Below, piece after piece: positions 1 to 14,121 of a stretch of DNA of 64,000 nt. Both the position numbers and the translations under genes were made by a program. The stretch is from Eledone cirrhosa (Eukaryota), in contig OZ024742.1 of NCBI GenBank assembly GCA_964016885.1, forward strand, positions 204,166,001 through 204,230,000. Reading direction: 5' to 3'. Under the pieces are notes generated by a model, which was not told where the DNA came from, ran no database searches, and saw nothing but the letters and a program-made list of their open reading frames with translations. Position 1 is the first letter of the stretch; the number at the start of each line of letters is the position of its first letter.

Positions 1-881
1 TATTATCTTCGTTTTTTTCGTTCATTGCCAGAGAACGTCTCTATGAACCACGTAAGAGAACATTAGTCTACGACCTCTTTTATACCATAAACGTGGTTTT
101 GTCTTTGCGCGTAATTGTTTTTCACCGCTCCTATCTGTTAGAACACGAAAAGTGTGAAACACAGAATGTTCACTTTTCGTGTTCTAACATATATGCCTAG
201 CTTCTTAAAAAATTTTTCGGGGATAGCCGTGGTGGTGGTGATCGTATGTCATTGGCTAATTTTCAACCAATCAGAGTACCTCTCTCTATATCTCTTCCAC
301 TGTTACTTACGCCTGTTTCTCTCTATCTGTTCCGTCTCTATATATATCTCTTACTCTTTCGCTTTGCACTCCTCCCCTTCAATACCATCTCTCCCCCTCT
401 CTATATATTTGTTACTCTATCGCTGCACGCTCCTCTCCTTCAATATATCAATTACACACGCTTTACACTCCTTTATCCCCAGCGCCCCTATATATACACC
501 CCCCTCTCCCGCATCTATATTTTAATGTACCGTTGCACCGTGAATATATGTGTCTATATATATATACATATATATTGTATATACACATTCATGTATGTGT
601 ATACACATTCATGTATGTATATACACTGGTTTTATGTGTGTATTGTAAATTTGTACTGTTAAAACACGAAACTAACATTCGATTGACACTTTGATTACCT
701 GTACAGGCAATAGTTATTAGAATGCTGTTGAAGTGTGTATATATTTTTGGGGGACATCCTGTATATACACACATTATATATAATACAATAAACAGATAAA
801 TACACACATATATATATGAGCTTATTTAATTATAAATATTGTGAATTTTTAACTCAGTTCAATTATATATATAAATGGCTT

Positions 882-921
882 CTACAGGACTAGAACTGTT
901 TCATTCGAAAGAAATCATCAT
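882..921 (-). ncRNA. Hammerhead ribozyme remnant (family N)
   Basis: TGATGA-tttctttcgaat-GAAAC-agttcta-GTC; 5' strand of stem I lost. Confidence 0.5.
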
Positions 922-1532
922 AATATTGAGAGGGGGGACTAGATAAAATATTTCAAATCAAATGTGTATAAGTTATAAGTTAAAATGTATAAATAGAGAC
1001 GATAGTGGAGGTATATCTGTTTAGTGGAACAGTAGACGATAGAATTAAATACAGACGGTAATCTCCCTTTAATGAAACAGCAGACGATAGAATTAAGGCA
1101 ATTTAAATTTTAAGCATTTGCATTTTTGCCTTTCATCGTTACGGGGTCGATAAAATAAAGTACCAGTAATACACTGTCACTAGACGACTTTCAAATTGAA
1201 TTGTTGGTTCCATTTCTTTAGTATTTTCAATTGTAGTTATCTACTTAAAAAGCGTTACACGGTTAGAGACATAATTCGTAAGTTATATCTTCCCTATTAA
1301 ACCATTGCATTATTTCGCCTACAATAGAACAAAAATGAAATGTTCTTTAAAGAAACAGGAATATAACTTTATAAAAAAAAAAGTTGCATCCGCTTCTTTT
1401 ATCATTGATAATTTTTTCGTTTTAATATTAATTGTTTTTTGTAGTTGTTTATATTAAAAATCTTATTGTAATATTTACTTAAACGAAGGCAAACATCTAA
1501 ACTTATAGATTAATCTTGAGCGAAGGACTAGA

Positions 1533-1609
<77 letters not shown>

Positions 1610-1989
1610 GAAGAATGATAAAATTTCAAGCAAAGAGTTTAATTAGGTATATTTTGTAATATTATTAACTAATTATTATAATTAACGCGCATATTTTGCT
1701 ATCCTCAAACACGTTTACACATGGCATGAAATATAACTAATCCGAGATGGCTAGGTTTCATCTTCTAACTGGATAAACGAAATCCATTATGTCTTGACAA
1801 CAACATGAGGTAACATTATGTTATTCACAGACACACTTTGTACACTGTTCCATATCAGAATGTATTTCCTTCGTCACATTCACAAACAGTATTGAAAATA
1901 TGTTCTTCGGCAAATAAAAATGTTTTGTTCATAATATTTCAACTAGCGATTGCTCTACTTCACGCACGACCACCATAAATTAATGACCA

Positions 1990-2172
1990 GCTCAACACAA
2001 GTATTGGTAGAGCGTCAGACACCATGCTTTGCAGTATTGTTATGGTCCTTTGCATTCTAAGTTCAAATCCTGCCGAGGTTAACTTCGACTTTCATACTTA
2101 CTAATTCGATAAAATAAAGTACCAGTAATGGACTGCCGTAATGGATTTGTGCCGAAAAATAGAAACACTATT
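1990..2172 (+). mobile_element. tRNA-derived SINE, same family (fragment also at about 1125-1180)
   Basis: GTTCAAATCCTGCCGAGGTTAAC...GATAAAATAAAGTACCAG. Confidence 0.8.
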
Positions 2173-2721
2173 AATGTGCAATAAGAGCAAAATATAACGA
2201 CATTGCTCAATTATTTTATCTAATGTTGTAATAACACAAGGAAATGTTGTTTGTGTATTTCTTTTTATATTTGCTCATAGGCTTTTACAATTTCGCTCAG
2301 CCAACAACTATTAAAAAGTGAGTTGCTTAAGATAACAATTTAATCACAAATTGTTGCTATCTTTTAATACACTCCAACAAGTCATCAAATTATGTACAAT
2401 AAAAACAAATCTTATTAATTTGCTCAGGGAATATAAAGAAAATGTATATACACTGATAATTGCAAATGTATGTAAATATTTTGTTTTTGTATTGTATATT
2501 TTATGTTTTCTATTATGTATAATATATTGATTTAATATTGATTGTTTTTTGTAGTTGTTTATATTAAAAGTCTGAAAATATTTTTATACATCTTACACTA
2601 ATATTTATAAGATAATTTATAATAACAATTACATAATCTAATTACATTACAACGATAATTTATTATTAATATATATCCTGTTTAACTAGAGTTATTACAA
2701 GCGTTGCCTTAAAAAAATATT

Positions 2722-3681
2722 AAACTAGACATGAAAAATGCGCAAGCTCAAAAGTGCCACAGAATGTTATAATAAACCTTCAAAAGTGTGGGACTAGAGT
2801 TGTTGCTAAAAAATATTGTAATCATTATATATCGTACATTCTGTGGCATCCTTTATAAAAATAGCTTAAACCAACGAAGCCTTTATTTTTACGCTATTTC
2901 ACTTAGTTAATTCTTAGAGTGTAACATATAAAAATAAATACATCTATGTTTAATGTAATAACAGCTATAAATAATTACGTAATATTATTATCATATACTC
3001 ATAGTAACAAAATAATTGTGTTGAAACTTAATATGATGCTTATATGAACGATCAAATCTATAATGATAATTTCTTAAATATACTAATAGTAAAATAATTT
3101 AGTTATCTATTGTTACATTTTCATAGAACTATAATATTAACAATCGTATTGCATTATCAAATTTTTATCACTACAAACTTTCATATTGGAATTACCTTAA
3201 GCCACTTATTATTACTTCGCTTTCGTACTTTTACAGCTGTAGATATTGCGCTGTATCTTATATCTAATATCAATATCTCGTGGTAATTTGCATGAAGTGT
3301 AAAATAGGTTTATTAATAACTTTAATATGAAATGTATTATACAGGGCTGCGGAGTCGGTCAAAAATTGACTGGCTCCAACTCAGGATCCGATACTCCATT
3401 ATTTCCTAAATTTCAGCTCCGCAGCTCTGTTATTATATTAATTAATTTATTTTATAGTTGTAAATCATATTTTTATATGTTACACTCTAAGAATTAACTA
3501 AGTGAAATAGCGTAAAAATAAAGGCTTCGTTGGTTTAAGCTATTTTTATAAAGGATGCCACAGAATGTACGATATATAATGATTACAATATTTTTTAGCA
3601 ACAACTCTAGTCCCACACTTTTGAAGGTTTATTATAACATTCTGTGGCACTTTTGAGCTTGCGCATTTTTCATGTCTAGTT
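2722..3681. repeat. ~213-bp near-perfect inverted repeat with ~530-bp spacer
   Basis: 2722-2936 (AACTAGACATGAAAAATGCGC...) is the reverse complement of 3469-3681. Confidence 0.9.
3342..3429. mobile_element. Tiny hAT-type MITE
   Basis: TIRs CAGGGCTGCGGAG / CTCCGCAGCTCTG; 8-bp flanks GTATTATA / TTATTATA. Confidence 0.7.
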
Positions 3682-3817
3682 AATGATGTATCTTATTCGT
3701 TTTTTCCCGTTCTTTGCCAGGGAACGTTTCCACGAACCAAAGTATCTTCTTCCTGTCTTCCTCCGGTTGCAACGTTTTTTGAAATATCCACTTCTGCGTT
3801 TACAAATTGACTTTGTT

Positions 3818-3868
3818 AGTTTCAGAAGATCCCGTTAAGGGTGAAAGCAGCGATTCTTTGCTTAAACT
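3818..3868 (+). ncRNA. Type I hammerhead motif (family J)
   Basis: AGTTT CAGAAGA tCCC-gttaa-GGGt GAAA GCA..TGC TT AAACT. Core has U4A here; the 17395 copy has CTGAAGA. Confidence 0.65.
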
Positions 3869-4190
3869 TTAATCTGTTATTTTAATATATATATATATAT
3901 TTTTTTTTTTGTTTAATATTTAATATATATATATATATTTAATATTTAATATATATATATATATTTAATATTTAATATTTAATATATATATATATATATA
4001 TTTAATATAATATATATATATATAATATTAATATATATATAGATATATATTTAATATAATATATATATATATTTTTAATATTTAATATTTAATATATATA
4101 TATATATTTAATATTTAATATTTAATATATATATATATATATTTTTTTGTTTAATATATATATATATATTTTCCCCCCCTTTTGGAACTT

Positions 4191-4226
4191 TCCCCCGTTG
4201 ATGGGCGTGAGCCCGAAATATTAGGA
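4191..4226 (+). ncRNA. Degenerate hammerhead motif
   Basis: CCGTTGA t GGGC-GTGA-GCCC GAAA TAT TA gg; stem II intact, first core box mutated. Confidence 0.45.
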
Positions 4227-4417
4227 TTAAATCTCTACTACGGTAACCCTTCTACCTTTGTTTTGTTTTCATCTTTGTCTCTCTCAATTTTCACTTTCAC
4301 CTGTTTTTCCTATCTATCTTTCACTTCCTACCTCGAGATTTCCCTCTGCATTGTTGTGGCTTTCTTAAATACGTATTTTACACATTTCACAATGCTTCAA
4401 GCAAACTTTAACACCCT

Positions 4418-4478
<61 letters not shown>

Positions 4479-4766
4479 GGGTGTTAAAGTTTGCTTGAAG
4501 CATTGTGAAATGTGTAAAATACGTATTTAAGAAAGCCACAACATTGCAGAGGGAAATCTCGAGGTAGGAAGTGAAAGATAGATAGGAAAAACAGGTGAAA
4601 ACGTTCGCTGGCAAAAAACGGGAAAAAACGAATAATACGTATTATTCGTTTTTTCCCGTTCTTTGCCAGCGAACGTTACCACGAACCAAAGTATCGTCTT
4701 CCTGTCTTCCTCCGGTTGCAACGTTTTTTGAAATATCCAGTTCTGCGTTTACAGATTGACTTTGTT

Positions 4767-4817
4767 AGTTTCAGAAGATCCCGTTAAGGGTGAAAGCAGC
4801 GATTCTTTGCTTAAACA
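4767..4817 (+). ncRNA. Type I hammerhead motif (family J)
   Basis: Same fold as 3818-3868. Confidence 0.65.
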
Positions 4818-4956
4818 TTAATCTGTTATTTTAATAAATATTTGCTCTACGGTTCTTATATATTTGATATATATTTTCCTTATCGAGCCCTCTTTGGATT
4901 TTAGTCTTCAATTTTATTATTATTACCATATATATATATATATATCTATATATATA

Positions 4957-5050
4957 TCTAAGGCGGGTAAAATTCCCGAGATCCATGGACGAGTTCTCTC
5001 CAGCGGTCTCTGTCCCTCATTATCGCTGCCATGTCCTGCATCTCCAACAA
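4957..5050 (-). mobile_element. 3' tip of the same RTE-type LINE
   Basis: Reverse complement of about 24325-24415, flanked by (TA)n. Confidence 0.85.
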
Positions 5051-5140
5051 TATATATATATACACATTTGCATGTGTGTGTGTCTGTTTCTGTCTGTGTG
5101 AGTGTATGCATATGGGGAGAGAGATACGTATATATGCATG

Positions 5141-5194
<54 letters not shown>

Positions 5195-5196
<2 letters not shown>

Positions 5197-5400
5197 CGAA
5201 GGAAATGTGGTAAGGAACCAGATGGACCATAACGCACCAAAGTACTCAATACTTAGGGTAGTAGAGTGGGTAATAGGAACGAGTAGGACCCCGACGGCTG
5301 AGCTCAAGCCGTTTCGACGGCTAATTCTGGTCTAAATTTAGTCCAGAATTAGCCGTCGAAACGGCTTGAGCTCACCCGTAGGTGTCCTACTCGTTCCTAT
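5195..5400. mobile_element. Family A short fold-back element in (TA)n (also 20340-20530, 22920-23068, fragment 26218-26322)
   Basis: Shared ~130-bp sequence. Arms carry GAAAC GGC..GCC GTC (3' half of a hammerhead); palindrome centre near 5336. Confidence 0.75.
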
Positions 5401-5483
5401 ATATATATATTTATATATATATATATATATATGACCATGTATGTATATTGCACTTATGTGTTGTATGTATCTGTGTGCGTTTA

Positions 5484-5514
<31 letters not shown>

Positions 5515-5854
5515 TGTATGTATGTATGTATGTATGTATGTATGTATCTGTGTATGCATTCATGCATTCATACATGCAGACATGTATGTATTTAGGTGTA
5601 TATGAATATACATGTATCAGCCACTGTTTATATATTTGGGAGGGGTGTATACATCTAGTCAAAGGTAATGTGAAGGTAAGGGAAGTAATGCGACAGTAAT
5701 GGAAGAAAATGTGTTTAAGTTATTAGTATATATACGCTGTGTAAACAGAGGACGACGTCAGTCTCTTTATACATTTACGAACGACAAACAATATTAGTGT
5801 GATGGTGTTTACAAGAACTATCCTGAAATGGCGAACAAATCAGTGCATAGTTTT

Positions 5855-7190
5855 AAGATGCCTGCTATATAGATAAGCACCAGACATGTGTTTTAATATG
5901 CCTGTTATATAGACAACCACAAGACTTCAGTATTTTAAGATCTCTGTTATATAGACAACCACAAGGCTTCAGTACTTTAAGATCCCTGTTATATAGACAA
6001 CCACAAGACTTCAGTATCTTAAGATCCCTGATATATAGACAACGACAAGACCTCAGTATTTTAAGATCCCTGTTATATAGACAACCACAAGACCTCAGTA
6101 TTTCAAGGTGCCTGTTATATAAACAACCACAAGACCTCAGTGTTTCAAGATATCTGTTATAGAGACAACCACCACTCCTCAGTGTTTTAAGATCTCTGCC
6201 AGACCCCAGCGTTTTAAGATGCTTGTTATTCAGACAACCACCAGATATAACAATGTTTTAAGATGTCTGCTATATATACAACCGCCAGACTTCAGTGGAT
6301 TAAGATGTCTACTAAATTGGTTATCATTAGATGTAACACTGTTTTAAGATGTATGTTATATAGGCAACCACCAGATGTAGCAGTATTTTATTATGTCTGT
6401 TATATATAAAACCACCAGGCCAGTGTTTTAAGATGTTTGCTATATAAACAACTACCAGATGTAACAATGTTTTGAGATGTCTGCTATATATATATATACA
6501 ACCACCAGATGTAGCAATGTTGCAAGATGTCTGTTATATAAACAACTACCAGATGTAATATTGTTTGAAAATAACGGCTATATTGACAACTACCAGGTGT
6601 AACATTGTTTCAAAATGTCTGAATTATAGACAACCACCTGATGTAACATAGTTTTTAAATGTCTGGCATATAGAGAACAACCAGATGTCTACAATATAGA
6701 CAACCAGCAGATGTAGCTCAGAGGTTTACGCTATCTGCTACATAAACAGCTACTAGATGTTAGCTGAATGTTTTAACCACCAAATGTATCAATGTTTTAA
6801 GATATCTTCTATATATATACAACCACCAGATGTAGCAATGTCCCACGATGTCTGTTATATAAACAACCACCAGATGTAACATTGTTTGAAAATGTCTGAA
6901 TTATAGACAACTACCAGATGTAACATAGTTTTAAAATATCTGTTATATAGAGACCCACCAGATGGCTGCTATATAAACAGCCACTAGATGTTAGCTCAAT
7001 GTTTTAACCACAAGATGTGACAATGATTTAAGATGTTTGCTATATAGTTAATCACCAGATATAAACTCGGGGTTTTACGCTGTCTGCTACATGGACAACC
7101 ACAAGATGTTAACTCAGAGTATTACGCTATCTGTTAGATGTTAGCCTAGATGTTAGCTCAACCACTAGATGTTAGCTCAATGTTTTAAGA
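5855..7190 (+). repeat. Minisatellite, ~38-42-bp degenerate unit
   Basis: Recurring TATATAGACAACCACCAGATGTAACAATGTTTTAAGATGTCTG. Confidence 0.9.
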
Positions 7191-7659
7191 TGGCCGCTGT
7201 ATTACAATAAAAATACAGCCGTCAAATTTATCTTCCTTGTTCTTTGTTCTTGCAACTTTATCAGCTCTTCTTTGAAAACTGATTTAATGTTTTAATGTTA
7301 CTGTCGTTGTTGTTGTTCTTGTTGTCGTTGTTGCGGTTGTTTTTGATGTTTTTTTGCTCTCTTCCATTGATGTCTAAATATTGCAGTACAAACCTACACA
7401 GACATATTCACATGTGTAGATTGACAGGGTATATATGAAGAATATATATTGCACTGTTATTGTTGTTCTTGTTTTTATTGTTGTTGTTTTTGCTGTTACT
7501 ATTGTTACTGTTAATGTTGTTGTTTGTGTGTGTTTTTGTTGTTGCTGTTGTTGTTTTCCTGCATTGATGTCTTCGGCTGCAGTACGAACTAACATAAATA
7601 TTTCACTTATTTAGAGAGAGCGGGGTGGATAGAAAGAGGAAGAGAGCCTTTGAACATCA

Positions 7660-7874
7660 AGTAACACACACATACACACACATATATGCACATTAATACA
7701 CACATACGCGCTAGTACACACACACACGAATACATACATATGCGCTCATACATAACCAAACATGAATACATACATACGCGTTCATACACACATACGCGCT
7801 CATTCAGACAGAAACACACACATGAATACACACATACGCATTCATTCACACACATCAATACACTCATATGCGCT

Positions 7875-7922
<48 letters not shown>

Positions 7923-8630
7923 AATACACACATATGTACACATAGGCACTAAAATATATATACACACATTTATATAGGCACATATAAGGACATATGTACA
8001 CGTACACAGACACACATAGGCACATACATAGACACATGTAAAAATATGTATACATACGTACACTTATATACATAAGTATACATATAGCGACACATATCTA
8101 CATATGCTCACATAGGTACACACAGGCATACATATATACACATACGCACACACATGTACATAGGAACATAGAGGTACACATTTGTACACATACATACACA
8201 CACATAGAGATAAAAACACATAGACACACACATACACATATGTACATAGACGCACATAGGCGCACATAGGTACACATAGGCCACATTTGTATATATATGT
8301 ACACATATACACATATAGATAGGTACACATGAGCACACATAGACACACATGGGCACACCTACACACATACATGGACACACATACACACACACATGGGCAC
8401 ACCTACACACACACATGGGAACACATACACACACACATGAGCACACATACACACACACACATGGGCACACATACACACACATGGACACACATACACAAAC
8501 ATGTACACATAGGCACACATTTGTACATATATGTACTCATACAGACATATGTACATCGATACACATAAGCACAAGTAAGGGCAAACACACATATACACAC
8601 ATATGCAGATACACATAGCCACACACACAC

Positions 8631-8662
<32 letters not shown>
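7660..8662. repeat. CA-rich degenerate microsatellite
   Basis: (CA)n / CACATA units. Confidence 0.9.
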
Positions 8663-9406
8663 ATGTACTTACACACCGTCTCTATGACACCAAAGAAAAA
8701 GACATCTAATGATGTTTGTATATACACACTGACGGGAAGGAAGAGAGACAATATAAATAAATAAATGAATAAATGAAAAAAGAAATATATAAATAAATAA
8801 AGAAAGAAAGAAAGAAATGAATGATTGAATGTATAAATGAATAGTTTTATGAATAATTTAATAGTGGTTCATCGTTGGTCGATGTATGTATGTGCACCTG
8901 TGTGCATATGTAAGGGTGAGTGCGTGGGTGTGTGTGTGCGTTTAACTGTATGGGTGGGAGTGTGTTAGATAATGCTTGTTAATCAATACATGTCATCTGT
9001 ACATGTATAACACACCTCTACCTACAGTCACAAACATGTATACACACACATTCATATATATATATATATATTGTGTGCGCGTGTGTGTGTGAGTGTATAT
9101 ATAGTGAAAAATGGAACGGGAACAAAACAGAGAGGCAGTACAAACAAAAGTTTATATGTGGCTGGAGTGCCGGGTTTTGGCGAAGAGAAATATATATATA
9201 TAAGTATGTATACGTACATACATATATGTATACAGACGTACAGTAGTATGTATATATATATACATACATGCACACATATATATATGTACGTATGGATTCA
9301 CCGAATATTTATTATAATGCTCGGTGTGTTTGTAAACAAACATCCCGTATTAAGCCGTAGTGTCTAGCAACCATCGTTGCTCGTTTGTTCAACACTGACA
9401 AAGGAA

Positions 9407-9447
9407 TGCTGTACTAGTTTCAAGCTTGTTAGCTATCGTCAGCAACG
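9407..9447 (-). ncRNA. Type I hammerhead ribozyme (family L)
   Basis: CGTTG CTGACGA tAGCT-aaca-AGCTt GAAAC TA GTA CAGCA. Confidence 0.88.
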
Positions 9448-9821
9448 TATACCTTCCTGCCAGATTGTTGAACGTATATACTTACCTTATGCATATTAAC
9501 GGCTGAGTAGCCCAATTTGCATATCGAGTGGGTTAATCGGCCGGGTGCACCGAAAACGATAACGGGAAAAATGAAACGAAATTTCATTTCCCACGCTTAG
9601 TACGGCTGTTACTTAAATATAAGTATGTATACGTACATACATATATGTATACAGACGTACAGTAGTATGTATATATATATACATACACACATATATATAT
9701 GTACGTATGGATTCACCAAACATTTATTATAATGCTCGGTGTGTTTGTAAACAAACATCCCGTATTAAGCCGTAGTATCTAGCAATCACCGTTGCTCGTT
9801 TGTTCAACACTGACAAAGGAA

Positions 9822-9862
9822 CGCTGTACTAGTTTCAAGCTTGTTAGCTATCGTCAGCAACA
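9822..9862 (-). ncRNA. Type I hammerhead ribozyme (family L)
   Basis: TGTTG CTGACGA ... GAAAC TA GTA CAGCG. Confidence 0.88.
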
Positions 9863-10046
9863 TATACCTTCCTGCCAGATAGTTGAACGTCCGAAAGTAT
9901 ATACTTTCCTTATGCATATTAACGGCTGAGTAGCCCAATTTGCATTTGGAGTGGGTTAATCGGCCGGGTGCACCGAAAACGATTAACGGAAAAAATGAAA
10001 CGAAATTTTATTTCCCACTCTTTCAACTATCTGGCAGGAAGGTATA

Positions 10047-10087
10047 CGTTGCTGACGATAGCTAACAAGCTTGAAACTAGTACAGCG
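10047..10087 (+). ncRNA. Type I hammerhead ribozyme (family L)
   Basis: CGTTG CTGACGA tAGCT-aaca-AGCTt GAAAC TA GTA CAGCG; stem III is the palindrome ACTAGT. Confidence 0.9.
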
Positions 10088-10287
10088 TTCCTTTGTCAGT
10101 GTTGAACAAACGAGCAACGGTGGTTGCTAGACACTACGGCTTAATACGGGATGTTTGTTTACAAACACACCGAGCATTATAATAAATGTTTGGTGAATCC
10201 ATACGTATTTATATATATATATATATATATGTGTGCATGTATGTATATATATATACATACTACTGTACGTCCGTATACATATATGTA

Positions 10288-13200
10288 TGGTAATGAAGAA
10301 TCCTTGTTGGATAGTTTATCAATATAGACGTGAGGGAAAGTCCCTCGTCTATTTACCATTTTCGTAAGTGAGAGGATAGGTACTCCATAGAATTATAACA
10401 AGTGAGTGGGTGTGTGTGTGTAGACAAGATAATAACCACAACGAGAGTTCTATTCAACAATGTAAATAAGGATGATGTTTATTTTGTCTATTATGTGCTT
10501 TTTATATTACAAATGAAACAACATACCAATATAGACGTGATCAGTTGAAATGAAGGCAACGTATTACAATTGTCGTGGGTCACCAATGTAACGCCCACGT
10601 CTGGGTCACCAATGTGACGGGACCAGTAAAGTGAAATCAGTTATGAGCCAGTGCTCGGCCAACACTATCCTTGTGACTTCGGCATAGGAGTTCAGTGTAT
10701 TGACATCTGTGTGATCTCGTGGTCCAAAGGCTGTCTGCTGTTTCGTGGTACAAAGGCCGTCTACTGTTTGCTGTCTCCGTGGCTTGTCTGAGAAAGTAAT
10801 ACTGCTGCTTACTTAAATAGTGTTCTCAACCAGGGAGAGACAACTAGGCCTGGTCCATTATCCGACAGGGGGACGTAAGGCGTCTTACTACAGTATCCCC
10901 TGCCAGATTTTCAAATCATCGAAAATTGATGTTATTACTCACACGTGGAGTAAGATGGTGAACAATGCAACAAGGGGGAGCTATTCGCTCTACCAATCGT
11001 TAAATCCAGAATAAGGATTTGAAAAATGTTAAAAAACATGCATGCATAAAAAAAATGGCAAAAAAAAAAAGCAGAAACACAGAAGCAAAAAAAAGGTGCA
11101 GCTAACACAGTCTAAATATAGACGGTGCTGCAAATGTTTTGGGCCAGTGGACCCTACGACCTGAACGGGTCGTGGTCTTGTAACGTGGCGATGGTGGTGG
11201 TGTAGGGACAGGCGATGATGGTGGTTCAGGAACAGGCGTTCGCTCAACAGGCAAATACAAAGGGGTTCGTGGATCAGGAACCACAGCGTCCGTGTCCAGA
11301 TGTGCCTGCTTAAGCCTGTCTATTGTAACTGTCTCCCCGGACCCTTTAATATGAAAGTAAAATGCTTAGCCGAGTGCGCTAAGACACGGTAAGGTCCAGT
11401 GTAAGGCTGTGTGAGCAGGGGCTTCACAGAATCTTTCCTTACAAAGACATGCGTCCACGAGGCAACATCCCTCGGGACAGCAGTCTTGACAGTTTGTTTC
11501 CTAGTGTCCATTGGCGGCAAATCCTGGAAATAGGAGCGCAAACGGGACACGTAGGAAGCGTGATCTTGGGCATCAAGATCGATAGGGGCAAGCATTTGCC
11601 CAGGAAACGTCAGAGGGGCACCGTACAGTACTTGGGCCGGTGAAAATCCAAAGTCGACCTTCACCGTTGACCGAATCCCTAATAGCACAATAGGGAGGTA
11701 CTCGCTCCAACGCGCCGAGTCCATTGAGGCCATTAAGGAGGCCTTCAGTTGTCGGTGAAAACGCTCCACCACACCATTCGAAGCGGGATGGTACGCCGTA
11801 GTTCAGATGCGTTTAGCACCAATTAATTTTGACAGTTCGAGGAAAAGGCTCGACTCGAACTGTCGTCCACGGTCGGTAGTTACTGTGGATGGAACTCCAT
11901 AACGAGAGATCGATCCAGACACAAGAGCACGCGCTGTTGTCTCAGCGGTGATGTTTTTCAAGGGGATGGCTTCAGGCCATCTCGAAAAACGGTCAACTAT
12001 AGTCAGCAGATAAGAATAACCGTCGCTGACAGGCCAAGGTCCCACTATATCAATGTGAATGTGCGAAAAACGCGCATCTGGGTTAGTAAAGATACCCAGG
12101 GGAGCCTTGACGTGTCGATGGACCTTTGATATCTGGCAAGCGACGCAGGAACGGCACCAAGCAGCAATTTCACGCCTTATATTTGGCCACAAAAATCTAG
12201 CTGATATGAGCTTTACTGTGGCAGAAGATCCTGGACGTGAGAAACTATGTAATGCCAGAAACACGGTCCGACGATGATTCTCTGGAACGAAGGGCCTAGG
12301 CACGTCCAAAGAGACGTCGCAGAGAATTTGGCCAACTGCAGTCGACAGAGGCAAGTATTTCATCTCGCAATTCGCAAACTCAGGCGATGTAACATCCAAT
12401 AACTCAAGGAGAGGCTGATCCGCAGCCAAACGAGTCAGATCTATGTAAGAGGGTGACGAGATCGCTGTCACGGGTAAGCGGGACAAAGCATCGGCCGCTG
12501 TATTCAGTGAACCCGGAATGTGTTGGATATCGTTCGTATATTGCGAGATGAAATCAAGGTGCCTCGTCTCTCTGGGCGAGTATTTATCAGCCTTCGCTCT
12601 CAACGCAAAAGTTAATGGTTTATGGTCAGTGAGGATAGTAAATATTCTACCCTCTAGTATATGTGAAAAATGTTTCACGGCTAAATAGATGGCTAAAAGC
12701 TCCCTTCCAAAGGTGCTGTAGCGCGTCTCAGCGGTTGCTGGTAACCATTGATGTTTTGTTGTAGCACTGCTCCCACAGCGATATCCGATGCATCAACACA
12801 AAGCGTTAGCTTTGCACCGGGTACCGGGTGAGCCAGTAAAAAAGCATTAGCCAAAGCAGTTTTGACGTGCTGAAAATCAGCAAGTTGAGTCTCGGTTAAA
12901 GAAATGTCTGTATTCTTCTTCCGACAATTTTTAAAAATTTCCGTCAGGGAGAAAAGCAATCTTGCACAATTTGGCACGAAACGCCTATAAAAATTGATCA
13001 GGCCTAAGTACTGGCGTAACTGACGTAGTGAGGTCGGTGGAGGCAAATCCTCTATGACCTTAACTCGCTCAGGCCGGGGTTGAATACCGTCAGCATCGAT
13101 GACGTGACCCAAGAAAGTCAGTGACTCAGCACCAAAAACACATTTGGGTGCATTAATCTGCACGTTATACGCCTTCAATCGGCGGAAAAGAAGATTTAAA

Positions 13201-14121
13201 TGGTGCGTATGTTGTTCTTGAGAAGAACTAACAATGAGCAGGTTGTCAATATATGTAGAGACGAAATCGAGGCCACGAGTAACCTCATCCATAAACCGTT
13301 GAAACGTACTAGCGGCATTCCTTAATCCGAACGGCATGGTCAAAAACTCAAATGACCCAAATGGCGTAACTATAGCCGTTTTTGGAATGTCATTTTTATG
13401 GACAGGAATTTGATGGTACGCACGAATTAAATCTAGTTTGGAGAATACCTTGCATCCCTGCAACGAAGACGCAAAGTCTTGCAGATGAGGGATAGGATAA
13501 CGGTCCGGTTCTGTTATTGAATTTAAGCGTCGATAATCTCCAGTAGGTCTCCAATCACCACTCGCTTTCGGTACCATGTGTAATGGGGACGCCCACAGGC
13601 TCGTGGACGGACGAATAATCCCCAACTGCAGCATATGATCAAACTCTGATCGTGCTGCTTTGAGTTTGTCCGGAGGCAAGCAACGAGGACGAGAAAAAAC
13701 GGGAGCACCAGTTGTAGTTATGAAGTGCTCCGTGGTATGAGTTGGCTCATCAATTCGAAAATTTCCCTGAGTCAGTTGCGGGAACGAGTTCAACAACGCA
13801 TGGTAAGTATCGCCGGTGTTAGCAATTGTTGTGGGTCACCAATGTAACGCCCACGTCTGGATCACCAATGTGACGGGACCAGTAAAGTGAAATCAGTGAT
13901 GAGCCAGTGCTCGGCCAACACTATCCTTGTGGCTTCGGCATAGGAGTTCAGTGTATTGACATCTGTGTGATCTCGTGGTCCAAAGGCTGTCTGCTGTTTG
14001 CTGTCTCCGTGGCTTGTCTGAGAAAGTAATACTGCTGCTTACTTAAATAGTGTTCTCAACCAGGGGGAGACAACTAGGCCTGGTCCATTATCCGACAGGG
14101 GGTGTAAGGCGTCTTACTACA
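10288..14121 (-). mobile_element. Ty3/Gypsy LTR retrotransposon, internally deleted (no gag or protease)
   Basis: Direct repeat at about 10567-10892 and 13823-14121. Minus-strand LTR starts TGTAGTAAG, with a purine tract GGCAGGGG before the left LTR. pol order is RT-RNaseH-IN. It splits a retrozyme-like repeat whose halves rejoin across it. Confidence 0.93.
11320..13796 (-). pseudogene. Gypsy pol (RT, RNase H, integrase), disrupted
   Basis: ORFs 12693-13796 ([18 protein letters not shown] in place of YxDD, DAS), 11803-12678 ([15 protein letters not shown], zinc-finger, HIDIVGP, TDRGRQF) and 11320-11772 (VERFHR, GPY), separated by frameshifts. Confidence 0.93.

Larger units (their letters stand above)
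9200..10287. mobile_element. Retrozyme-like non-coding repeat (family L): two tandem ~415-bp units plus an inverted unit that continues at 14122-14205
   Basis: One HHR per unit (9407, 9822, 10047); no ORF; (TA)n flanks. Confidence 0.85.

Noticed and set aside
714-765. Tc1/mariner-like end TA-CAGGATGTCCC (minus strand), also near 36015-36062
   Set aside because: Only one terminus per site; partner TIR not found.
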